IMG/VR virus record: IMGVR_UViG_3300017707_001413
Span: 1 to 41,176 of that record
Length of the DNA stretch: 41,176 nt
Source of the DNA: a virus
Lineage: Duplodnaviria > Caudoviricetes
Strand: one strand, 5' to 3'
Below are positions 9,801 through 18,451 of this stretch, one piece after another (position 1 is the first letter of the stretch; the number at the start of each line of letters is the position of its first letter). A program made the position numbers and the translations under genes. The notes beneath the pieces are model-generated. The model did no database searches, was not told the origin of the DNA, and saw nothing but the letters and a program-made list of their open reading frames with translations.

Positions 9801-10421
9801 ATGAAGGAACGCGAATGGGCACACGCCGCGTTCCCGGAGGCGATCACGGTCCTGCGCCTGCGGTTGCGGCCGTATTCCTGCGGGCACGAGATCACGCTTT
9901 GCCAGGTCGAAAGCCCGTTCCTCACCGGCCAGCGCGAGCCGACCATCACCGATCTCATGCTCGCCGCGCTCATCTGCTCCCAAACCTTCACCGACGGTCA
10001 AAAGCTGTTGCGCGATCCAAAGGCCGGCGGATGGCAGGTAAGCCTATGGCGCTGGCTGGCGTTGAGAAATCCGAACCAATACGCCGAAGAAATCCGCTTC
10101 ACCGACTACCTCACCCGAGGAACGTGGAGCCCGCCCACCGTGCGGAATAACGAACCGGGCATGACCTATCGCGAACTCAAGGCGCCGAGGACATGGAGGC
10201 TCATTCCGTTCCTCTGCCGCAACCTGGGGCTTACCGAAGCGGAGGCGCTGGACTTCCCGCTCGCGCGCGCGCACGCCTACTTCGCGGCGGAAGCCGACCG
10301 GGAGAACACCATGGACCTGGCCAGTGAAGAAGGAGACCACACCACCGAAGGCCGGTTGCTGGCGCATCTGAAGGATTTGGAAGCCCGCGCCGCGAAAGGA
10401 GAACCGGTATGGGACTTCTAA
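9801..10421 (+). CDS. Putative tail assembly chaperone
   Basis: Between tail tube and tape measure; 'LGLTEAEALDFPLARA' resembles chaperone C-termini. Confidence 0.5.
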   Translation: MKEREWAHAAFPEAITVLRLRLRPYSCGHEITLCQVESPFLTGQREPTITDLMLAALICSQTFTDGQKLLRDPKAGGWQVSLWRWLALRNPNQYAEEIRFTDYLTRGTWSPPTVRNNEPGMTYRELKAPRTWRLIPFLCRNLGLTEAEALDFPLARAHAYFAAEADRENTMDLASEEGDHTTEGRLLAHLKDLEARAAKGEPVWDF

Positions 10422-11398
10422 GCATCATCGGCAGACTCGTTCTGGACGGCTCCGGGTTTGATGCCACGCTGAAGAACGCGGACAAAAAGGCGTCTCAATT
10501 CGCGGGCAGCATGACCAAGAAACTGGTCGGAGCCGCCGCCGGATTCGCGGGATTCAGCGCGCTCAAGCAGATGGGGATGGCCGCAATTGAGCGGACGGTT
10601 GAGATCGAGAAGCTGGCGAAATCGCTCAACGTCACCACCGACCAGGTGCAACTGTTGGAAGCCGAGGCAAAGAAGACCGGAATTCCATTCAACGATCTGG
10701 TCAAGGACGCCACGGCGCTGGAATCCACGCTCAAGCGGCTGGAAGGAGGCGATGTCATTTTCAGCGAAAAGACCGTGCGCAACCTCGGCATGGTTGCGGA
10801 GTTCATGCAGAACTTCAAAGATGCGGTCGGCGAACGCGTCGGCGGAATAATCGGAGGGATTGCCGGAGTTGGCGCAGGGATGGCGATGTCGCCAGAGATG
10901 CAGGCGATGCAGGAAATCATTTTGGAACGCAAGCGCAAGAGGGCGATGGACGCGCAAGACGCGGCGGCGCGCGAGAAGGAAGAGGAAAAAATCCTCAAGA
11001 TCCACGATGAAGCAAAAGGCATCGAGGAGAAGACGGCGGACGAAGGAAAGAGCAAGGCCGAGCATCTCAACAACCTGATCGAGAAACGCCGGAAGATGCT
11101 GGACGAAATCGCCCGCATTCCCCACGAGCCCGGCAGCGAAGGCGAAGCCAACGACCGGTTGCGCGTCGCCATAATAAACTATCTGATCGCGGGCCTGCAA
11201 CGCGACGGAGGAACCGCGACCACCAAATCGAAAACATTCGCGCCAATGTCCGACAGCCTGACCAGCGTGGGCAACTTCCTCGGGGCGAACCCGAACGCAG
11301 AAACGCGGTCACAACTCAGCGAGGCCAACCAGACCTTGAAGAGCATGGATCGTAAACTGTCCGAGCTGAAAACCGGAGGATCGAACTTCCCACTATGA
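10409..11398 (+). CDS. Tape-measure-like protein (short, 329 aa)
   Basis: N-terminal LVLDGSGFDATL, helical Ala/Gly/Lys-rich body, C-terminal 'SDSLTSVGNFLG...LKSMDRKL'. Confidence 0.65.
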   Translation: MGLLSIIGRLVLDGSGFDATLKNADKKASQFAGSMTKKLVGAAAGFAGFSALKQMGMAAIERTVEIEKLAKSLNVTTDQVQLLEAEAKKTGIPFNDLVKDATALESTLKRLEGGDVIFSEKTVRNLGMVAEFMQNFKDAVGERVGGIIGGIAGVGAGMAMSPEMQAMQEIILERKRKRAMDAQDAAAREKEEEKILKIHDEAKGIEEKTADEGKSKAEHLNNLIEKRRKMLDEIARIPHEPGSEGEANDRLRVAIINYLIAGLQRDGGTATTKSKTFAPMSDSLTSVGNFLGANPNAETRSQLSEANQTLKSMDRKLSELKTGGSNFPL

Positions 11399-12120
11399 GC
11401 AGCGTCGCCGGAAATCAAAGCGCGGTTCTAGTGCGCACCTCGCGCGGGACCGACAAGCAAAGCGGGCCGTTCCTGCAAAAGACCTGGGAAGGCACCGAGA
11501 ACGCGTGCATTGGATCGGCGGCAGAAATCATCGGGTCGGACTACTACATCATCGAGCCGGTCGGAGGCGGGAAATTCAGCCTGACCGCGCGCTGGAGCAC
11601 CAACACCGGCGAGGAAGGAATGCCGGAACCACCGGTGCGGGAAGAGCGGTTGCGGTTCAACGAAGTGCAGAAAAGCATTTACAGCAGCCCGGCCTTTTCC
11701 AGCCTGACAACCAGTCAAATCAACGCCGTGCGCTCGGCGGTGGAAAGCTCGGACGGAGCGGCATTCAGCGTTCCACTCCAGCAAACGCTCTACGATCTGA
11801 TCATCGTCGGGATCGACAGCTACCAGGTGTATCAGCCCACCGTCATCGTCACGGACACTGCCGGATCGGGCTACAACTGGGACATCGGATTCGAGAACTA
11901 CGGATACACCTTCGACACCGCCAACATGATCGCCGACGCCGCGCTGACCAGCGGCTGGAAATCAAACCTTCCCGCCGAAACGTCATCCGATTCCGCGTTC
12001 GTTTATGGCTGGCTGAAGAAACCGCCGGAGATCGTGACCGTGGCCGGGAACAAGACCCAGCTCGTGCAGGAATACATTTACGGCTACTGGGCCGTCGCCG
12101 TGCTGCCAGCCGCATCGTAA
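11395..12120 (+). CDS. Putative distal tail / virion protein
   Basis: Translationally coupled after the tape measure. Confidence 0.45.
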   Translation: MSSVAGNQSAVLVRTSRGTDKQSGPFLQKTWEGTENACIGSAAEIIGSDYYIIEPVGGGKFSLTARWSTNTGEEGMPEPPVREERLRFNEVQKSIYSSPAFSSLTTSQINAVRSAVESSDGAAFSVPLQQTLYDLIIVGIDSYQVYQPTVIVTDTAGSGYNWDIGFENYGYTFDTANMIADAALTSGWKSNLPAETSSDSAFVYGWLKKPPEIVTVAGNKTQLVQEYIYGYWAVAVLPAAS

Positions 12121-12123
12121 CCC

Positions 12124-12795
12124 ATGCAACCACCCGATGAGATGCGTGACCAGGGCCGGCAGGCCGGATGGATGAACAAGCTGCTCGCCTTCGCGCGGAG
12201 CTGTCAGGTGGTGGAAGGCATCGGCTACCGGATCAACCGCAGCCATCGCGGGACATCGCTGGAGATCCTGCCGGGAAAGGGAGGAGGTTCAACCGGGACG
12301 CCGTCTTGGAAGGGCGAATGGCAGTATTGGGAGGACGCCGATCAATTGGAGCCGGGAGAATCGCCAAGACCGAGACGCTATTCCGAAGGCGACATGGTGA
12401 TCCGAGGTGGCGAGCAGGTGCTGGACGACGCGGGGAATCCTCTGATTCTCGCGGGAGACGTTTGCGGAACTTGGATTGCGCGCCGGGCGATGGAGCTGGG
12501 GGAGGCTCCCGGAGTTCCGACCGCTGCGGAAACGGCGGCGAACGTTTTTGATTGGGATTTGGTGGCACGCTTCGCGACGCCGACTTTCGTGACAAAACGC
12601 GGCACGAAAAAGATCACGCTTGGAACAACGGCTTCGGATGCTTCCATCTACGTGGCCGACTCCGCATTGAGTGGATCGATCAACATCTCGCTGACGGCGG
12701 CCCAAGGAAAGACGATCAGCCTTCGCGAGTTGCGGGTCTGCCAAAACGGAGTGTTCCGAAAGATGATCGTGCTCGGTTCTGAACTCTTTGACTGA
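12124..12795 (+). CDS. Putative tail/baseplate protein
   Basis: 'GYRINRSHRGTSLEI' and 'WKGEW' motifs; position. Confidence 0.4.
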   Translation: MQPPDEMRDQGRQAGWMNKLLAFARSCQVVEGIGYRINRSHRGTSLEILPGKGGGSTGTPSWKGEWQYWEDADQLEPGESPRPRRYSEGDMVIRGGEQVLDDAGNPLILAGDVCGTWIARRAMELGEAPGVPTAAETAANVFDWDLVARFATPTFVTKRGTKKITLGTTASDASIYVADSALSGSINISLTAAQGKTISLRELRVCQNGVFRKMIVLGSELFD

Positions 12796-13634
12796 TGCCC
12801 GATCCATGCGACGAGACGGCGTGTTGCTCCGGTGCAAACGACATCGGCGGGATCGTGATTGACGAATGCGGATCGGCGAAGTGCTCGATTGAAGGAGTGC
12901 CTAGATTTTACCACCATCAGTTCACTCGCGATCCGAACTGCGCTTACTTTCGGTACGTTTACGCCACGCTTCGAGAGACGACGATTTACGAACTGTCCGG
13001 CAACAGCGCGGACCCTGAAGATTACTGTTACCGGGAGCCGGGTGAGATTTCACAATGGGGATTCACGGACACGACGACGACGGCAGATCCGTATTGCGTC
13101 CCAATGTCCACGACACGGGAAGAGTTCGGAGACCAGCTTCAAAACAACTGCGCCAACCTGACGTTTGATGGGCCGGAAGTGTTGGAACAGGAAGACATCG
13201 GGACGACCTTCTGGTATCGCGCTTATTCTCACACAGCATCGGGCGGGCTGGTCACCTTCAGGCGGATCATCGTGCTAGAACTGGACGGAGAGATTGACCT
13301 TGAGTCGATCTTGATCGGATGCGCTCTTGAGAATGGTTTCGATAAACGATTCAGGCTCGGCTGCGGTGGCGTTCCAGAACTCATCTCTCGTGAGCCGGTC
13401 GGGACAATCGAACTGAACGGAATCAGCGTGAGTGCCGGGACAAGCATCAGCGGACTTGCGACGCGGCCTTACAAGATCATCGAAACGACAATCACCGGCC
13501 ATTGTCCGACGACCTCAACGGACGAGTGCGAATCATTTCCCGTGCGCGAAGGCGAGGGAGTGTCTCAAGTGGATTGCGTGACGCTCACGCCAGCCGTCGG
13601 AACCTCCGTCAGCCTTCAATCTGGTTCGTGCTGA
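12795..13634 (+). CDS. Cys-rich hypothetical virion protein
   Basis: Coupled ORF, acidic, many Cys. Confidence 0.45.
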   Translation: MPDPCDETACCSGANDIGGIVIDECGSAKCSIEGVPRFYHHQFTRDPNCAYFRYVYATLRETTIYELSGNSADPEDYCYREPGEISQWGFTDTTTTADPYCVPMSTTREEFGDQLQNNCANLTFDGPEVLEQEDIGTTFWYRAYSHTASGGLVTFRRIIVLELDGEIDLESILIGCALENGFDKRFRLGCGGVPELISREPVGTIELNGISVSAGTSISGLATRPYKIIETTITGHCPTTSTDECESFPVREGEGVSQVDCVTLTPAVGTSVSLQSGSC

Positions 13635-13867
13635 TGAAGTCCTCCGTCATCGTAAACGGCAGGTTGATTGGGCGCGCAGCCTTGGCCGCACTACGATTCG
13701 CCGCGTCTGGGTTTGAAAAGGTGTCGGAAAGCGTTCACATGGATCGCTCTGTTCAGTGCGCCCTTTGCCCGCGATGGAACGCGAGGCAGGGAATGTGCAT
13801 GGAGTGCGGATGCCGGGCCGTCAAACTTTGGATGGCTTCAGAATCGTGTCCGCTTGGAAAGTGGTGA
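13634..13867 (+). CDS. Small Cys-rich protein (CxxC..CxxCGC..CPLGKW)
   Basis: CALCPRW..CMECGC..ESCPLGKW pattern common in phages. Confidence 0.65.
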   Translation: MKSSVIVNGRLIGRAALAALRFAASGFEKVSESVHMDRSVQCALCPRWNARQGMCMECGCRAVKLWMASESCPLGKW

Positions 13868-13872
13868 TCGAA

Positions 13873-13897
13873 TTGACTCCGCAGCCATTGGTGAATG
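13873..13897 (+). promoter_or_regulatory. Late-gene motif copy 4
   Basis: TTGACTCCGCAGCCATTGGTGAATG, ending at ATG 13895. Confidence 0.65.
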
Positions 13898-14479
13898 GCG
13901 CTCCTGAGTCTGAATTTTGATGTCCAAGCTGGGCAGTTGGTTTTCTCCGAGACCAACCCCACGCCGTTCACCCTGCCGGCGCTCCACCAGGAAGACGGCC
14001 CCACCATCGAATTCCGCGCGCTCAAACGCATCCGTCAGAACGCAACGCCATTCTTTGAGCGCATCAACTTCAGCGGGTATGATCTCCTAATCAGCGTCGG
14101 CACCGCCGGCAGCATTCTGGCTAGCGCCACGAGCTGGACCGCCAGCGACAGCAACGACCTGTTGACCGGCCGGCTGGACCTGAACACCGCCGGCATCACC
14201 GCGCTCGCGGACGGAGCGGAGTGCATCTTCGAAATCCGGCTCTTTGACGGGACCGGATACTACCGGGGCCAGCAGGTGTGCCGGGTCAAGAAAAGCGTGG
14301 CGCTCACCGCGTCCCTGCAACCCGTCGTCAACGACATCGCGCTCGGCAAACGCGAGGCGAGCCGCACCTACATTCCCCAATACCGGAGCACCGGATTCAC
14401 CATGCTTGACGAGGCCACTGGTGAAGAGATGGTCGTGCGCCTTTTCAACGGAACCTTCCAAGCCTCGCCCATGACATGA
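13895..14479 (+). CDS. Putative baseplate / fibre-attachment protein
   Basis: Beta-rich 194 aa heading the fibre-like block. Confidence 0.4.
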   Translation: MALLSLNFDVQAGQLVFSETNPTPFTLPALHQEDGPTIEFRALKRIRQNATPFFERINFSGYDLLISVGTAGSILASATSWTASDSNDLLTGRLDLNTAGITALADGAECIFEIRLFDGTGYYRGQQVCRVKKSVALTASLQPVVNDIALGKREASRTYIPQYRSTGFTMLDEATGEEMVVRLFNGTFQASPMT

Positions 14480-16050
14480 ACTTCCTCCGCACCATCCTCA
14501 TCCTGATCGTGGTTTCGGTCTGCCTGCCGGGCCGCGCCGCCGACCGAATCACCGCCACCATCGCCGTCACCAACGCGCCGCTCGGGAACACCAACACGCT
14601 CACGATCAACGGCAACGTCCGCACCTTCACAAACAGCGTCACCGCATCGCCGGGAACCTTGGTGCAACAGACCAACTCCGTGCCATGGAGCGCGACGAAC
14701 CTGATCAACCAGCTCACCGACTACCGCGTCAGCCAGTTCCATTTTCTCGGGCAAAGCGCATCGAACAACGTCCGCATCACCGGCACCGTGGGGGAAGCCT
14801 TGACCGTAAGCCTGGCGGGCCTGTGGGGAACGATTACTTACAGTACGCAGAACGTGACGATTGCGAACGTCGTCCGCGTCCCGATGTCCGTGGAGTTCGA
14901 CACCAACCGCGCTTGGATTGCCAGCCTCTTGGTTACAGGGCTGTCGGACTATTCGACCAACAGTATCGCGACAAATGCGGTGGCGACCTCCAACTACATC
15001 ACCAAGGGCGCGAGCCCGATCCAGAACATCACTTCCCCGCTAAACGTGCTCGGTGCGCTCAGGTCAATTCTCGGTCTTTACGCCACCAACGGATTCACCT
15101 ACGCGCTGACGAACATAAACCCTGTTCTGAGCAACGCCGTTGTGTTCGGTGGACTGCGGTCGGAAGGAAGCGGCGGAAACTCGCTTCAGGTCGGGAGCAA
15201 TGCCGTCGCGTCTGGAAGTCAAACGTTGGCAGTGGGCAACGGCGCTCTTGCATCGGGCGCCAGATCCATCGCCATCGGGACCGGATCGATCTCCACCAAC
15301 ACCGACACGCTCGCGATTGGTTACGGTGCTCGCGCCGCGACCAACGATACGGTTGCAATCGGAAACGGTGCGCTTGCCTATGGTTCAGCGGGCACAGCAA
15401 TCGGGAGAGGCGCGGAAGCGGCGCTCGGTGCAGTCTCTGTCGGAGAGGAAGCAATCGGATCTGGCGTTCAAAGTGTGACCATCGGAAACGCAGCAAGCGC
15501 AGCATACGACCGGAGCGTTGCGATTGGCTATGCCGCCACCTCGCTTTATTCAAACAGCGTCGCGCTTGGTCAGAATTCAGTAACCAGTTCAACCAATCAG
15601 GTGAGGCTGGGCACTTCCTTAGAAACGGTTTCAATCCCTGGAATGCTGGAGGTAACCGGCACGATCACCAACATCGTTTCCACTGGCACGAATCGAATCG
15701 GAGGACAGCTTGTCTTTGTTCCGACCAGCAATACTGGACTGGCAAACGGCTACAACGCAGGCGTGGCCATCGGTTCGACCTATGTGAAGTTCAGCGGACC
15801 AAGCGCGGCCTACACCAACGCCGGATTTTCTGCGGCCAACAAGATGGATGGACGGATGCACTTCTGCCAGTTCGACAACCCTGGCTTGAGCATGACGTTC
15901 CTGCACGATTCCGGGCTCGATGCCGGCAACAGCACGAACCGGATCTACACCGGAACCGGCGCACTGCTCAACTCCACCAACCGGGTCGTACACGTCATCC
16001 TATCCTACGATGACAGCGTGACCGCCTGGAGGATTTGGTCATTCCGATGA
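14476..16050 (+). CDS. Signal-peptide protein with YadA-head-like (Hep/Hag) repeats
   Basis: MNFLRTILILIVVSVCLPGRAA signal-like N-terminus; about 10 repeats of ~14 aa of the form SIAIGxxAxA. Confidence 0.75.
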   Translation: MNFLRTILILIVVSVCLPGRAADRITATIAVTNAPLGNTNTLTINGNVRTFTNSVTASPGTLVQQTNSVPWSATNLINQLTDYRVSQFHFLGQSASNNVRITGTVGEALTVSLAGLWGTITYSTQNVTIANVVRVPMSVEFDTNRAWIASLLVTGLSDYSTNSIATNAVATSNYITKGASPIQNITSPLNVLGALRSILGLYATNGFTYALTNINPVLSNAVVFGGLRSEGSGGNSLQVGSNAVASGSQTLAVGNGALASGARSIAIGTGSISTNTDTLAIGYGARAATNDTVAIGNGALAYGSAGTAIGRGAEAALGAVSVGEEAIGSGVQSVTIGNAASAAYDRSVAIGYAATSLYSNSVALGQNSVTSSTNQVRLGTSLETVSIPGMLEVTGTITNIVSTGTNRIGGQLVFVPTSNTGLANGYNAGVAIGSTYVKFSGPSAAYTNAGFSAANKMDGRMHFCQFDNPGLSMTFLHDSGLDAGNSTNRIYTGTGALLNSTNRVVHVILSYDDSVTAWRIWSFR

Positions 16051-16454
16051 AACCTGCACCATTCAACCTGCACCTTGCCACACTGGCGCTCCTGCTGACC
16101 GCATTCGCAACGCCGGCTGCGGACGTGACCTTCAACCTTGCCGACTTCACCACCACCGTCGTCACGAACCGGCCGGTGAAGATTGAGCCCAAGAGCGCGC
16201 CGAAAGCGTGGCCGACGAACCTGATCGTGTCCCGCGATTCGCTCATCCGTTACAGCGACACCAACGGCACGTTTACGATCACCAACATGGTGGCGGGGAC
16301 TTATGCTTGCGAGCTTCTCGGTCCTTACGCTCGCACGGCTTTCCGAATCTACGTGGACGACACAAACACGACCTTGAACGCCTCCGATCTGCTGATCAGT
16401 GCGACCGACACCGGCATTGATACCGAGGACGGAATACCCATCGACCTGGAATGA
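16047..16454 (+). CDS. Secreted beta-sandwich (prealbumin-like) protein
   Basis: Signal-like N-terminus (LATLALLLTAFATPAA); 'SDTNGTFTITNMVAGTY' motif. Confidence 0.55.
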   Translation: MKPAPFNLHLATLALLLTAFATPAADVTFNLADFTTTVVTNRPVKIEPKSAPKAWPTNLIVSRDSLIRYSDTNGTFTITNMVAGTYACELLGPYARTAFRIYVDDTNTTLNASDLLISATDTGIDTEDGIPIDLE

Positions 16455-18451
16455 ACTCCCGAAAAATCACCGCGCTTTTAATCATCGCATTCTCGTTGCT
16501 GCTCATCGCCGGAACGAAAGTTTCACAGATGCGCCGAACGACCACCGTGGCGAGCAACGATCTCTTCAGCGTCGTGCGCATCACGGACGGGCGGAAGACC
16601 AACTTCAGCATTGAAGCCAGGCATGTCGCGACCGGGCTTGGCCCGTGGATCACGAATAGCGGAAGCGGAAGCGGCGGCGTTAGTTCAACTAACGCAAATC
16701 AGTTCGGAGAGAGCACGATTTTGACGCTTAAGAGTGGCGGGCTTCAAACGAACGGCTTTTTTTACGCGGCAACGTCTGGAAGCCATCCGCTTTCCCTGAA
16801 TGCTGCATCCGGCCAAAGCGTTGACCTGTTTCGCATCAATGATTCAACCGGAGTTAGAAGGTTTGGGGTTAATTACGAAGGCGTGCTTTACGGAGATGCA
16901 GGAGGCGCTCCCAGGCTTGCCAGCACGTCCACGGCCGGCGACGTGTGGACCGCGAGCGACACCACCGGAATCGGATCGTTCACCGCGCCCGCTCAACAGA
17001 CAAACACGAGCGTGGTGCGTCAAACGCAACTGACGACCGCCAGTAACGCACTCGTCACAATCCTGACGAGCTACGACACGACGACGAGTAACGGCCTTTA
17101 TTCGTTGATCCTCGGCGGCGGAATCACGGCGAACACCGCAACGAACATCGCGCAATACTTCGCGACGAACTCCGCAATCATCACCAGCAACCAGTTGGTC
17201 TCCACGCTCGCGCCAAAAGCATCCCCGACATTTACCGGCGCCGTGACCATCAGCAGCGGCACTGCCAACGAGATCGTTGCCTTCGATGCCTCGAAGGTGC
17301 TCGTGCCGGTCACGGGCGTTTCAGCCACCGAGGCGGGTTACCTTGACGGCGTGACCAGCCTGATTCAAAGCCAGCTCGACACGAAGCCATCGACCACCGT
17401 GTTAAATACATCCTCAAACGCGATTGTTTCCATGCTCGTCGCCAACGACACCACAACATCGAATGCGCTACATTCAGCATACATCGTAGCGGACTCGATT
17501 TTGTCATCCGCGTTCCTATTCGCGGACACGACGACCAGCAACGGAATAATCGGTCTCTTTCCAACATTAGGAACGAACAACCCCGTCACTCTCTCCGCAG
17601 GAACGCTGACGCTCATCAGTTCGCAGACGGCGCGTTACTACACCAACAGCGCGGGCTCGTTTCCGTTCACCTTCAGCGGCACGCCGAACGCCTCCAGCCG
17701 TGTCTCGCTGGCCGTAAGCAACACCAGCGCGAGCACGATCTACGTCACCAACAGCAGCGGCATTTACGATCCGCGTGATGCCGCCTTTGTGACCACGCTC
17801 GCCATTCCGGCGCAGTCGCAATCGACATTCCATTTCCGCCGCAACGCAACGAGCGGCTGGGAACTGGAAGGCGTGATCGAGAAGCCGCTCGGACTGGCGG
17901 CGGGCATCAACACCACGCTATCGACCAACAGCGGCAACGTCAGCGTCGTCGGCGCGTTAAGCTTCAGCACAAACGGAAGTTCGTGGATCAGCGCAACGCA
18001 GTTGGTGGCGCGCTCAGGTATCGTAATCAGCAATGACGCAGCGGGAACGGTTTCGTTTCATGTCGCGGCCAGCGGAGGCGGCAGCACTACCAACGTTCCT
18101 CCGGTGGTTCTGGCCATCAATGGCGGAACGGGAACTACCAACGTCGTGATCGATATGTGGCAGCTCGCGCAGATGTCCACAAACTCCGTTCAAATCACGC
18201 TCACCGCCAACGCCGGGATCATCGTGACCAACGTCATCGCCGGGAAGGAACTGGCGCTCGACATCATCCAGGACTCGACCGGAAACCGGACCATTGCCGC
18301 CAGCTCGGTCGGCGGCGCTCCGCTGCGGTTCGGTTCAGATATTACCGGGTTCGGTCTCAGCACAAACGGAACCTACAAAGACCATGTGAAGCTGCGTGGA
18401 GTTGGGACCAATGCGCATGTGGTCGGAATGATCAGGGGGTATGCGCCGTGA
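16451..18451 (+). CDS. Thr/Ser/Asn-rich fibre-like protein with signal peptide
   Basis: MNSRKITALLIIAFSLLLIA; fibre-type motifs APKASPTFTG, YLDGVTSLIQSQLD, IIQDSTGNRTI. Confidence 0.65.
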   Translation: MNSRKITALLIIAFSLLLIAGTKVSQMRRTTTVASNDLFSVVRITDGRKTNFSIEARHVATGLGPWITNSGSGSGGVSSTNANQFGESTILTLKSGGLQTNGFFYAATSGSHPLSLNAASGQSVDLFRINDSTGVRRFGVNYEGVLYGDAGGAPRLASTSTAGDVWTASDTTGIGSFTAPAQQTNTSVVRQTQLTTASNALVTILTSYDTTTSNGLYSLILGGGITANTATNIAQYFATNSAIITSNQLVSTLAPKASPTFTGAVTISSGTANEIVAFDASKVLVPVTGVSATEAGYLDGVTSLIQSQLDTKPSTTVLNTSSNAIVSMLVANDTTTSNALHSAYIVADSILSSAFLFADTTTSNGIIGLFPTLGTNNPVTLSAGTLTLISSQTARYYTNSAGSFPFTFSGTPNASSRVSLAVSNTSASTIYVTNSSGIYDPRDAAFVTTLAIPAQSQSTFHFRRNATSGWELEGVIEKPLGLAAGINTTLSTNSGNVSVVGALSFSTNGSSWISATQLVARSGIVISNDAAGTVSFHVAASGGGSTTNVPPVVLAINGGTGTTNVVIDMWQLAQMSTNSVQITLTANAGIIVTNVIAGKELALDIIQDSTGNRTIAASSVGGAPLRFGSDITGFGLSTNGTYKDHVKLRGVGTNAHVVGMIRGYAP

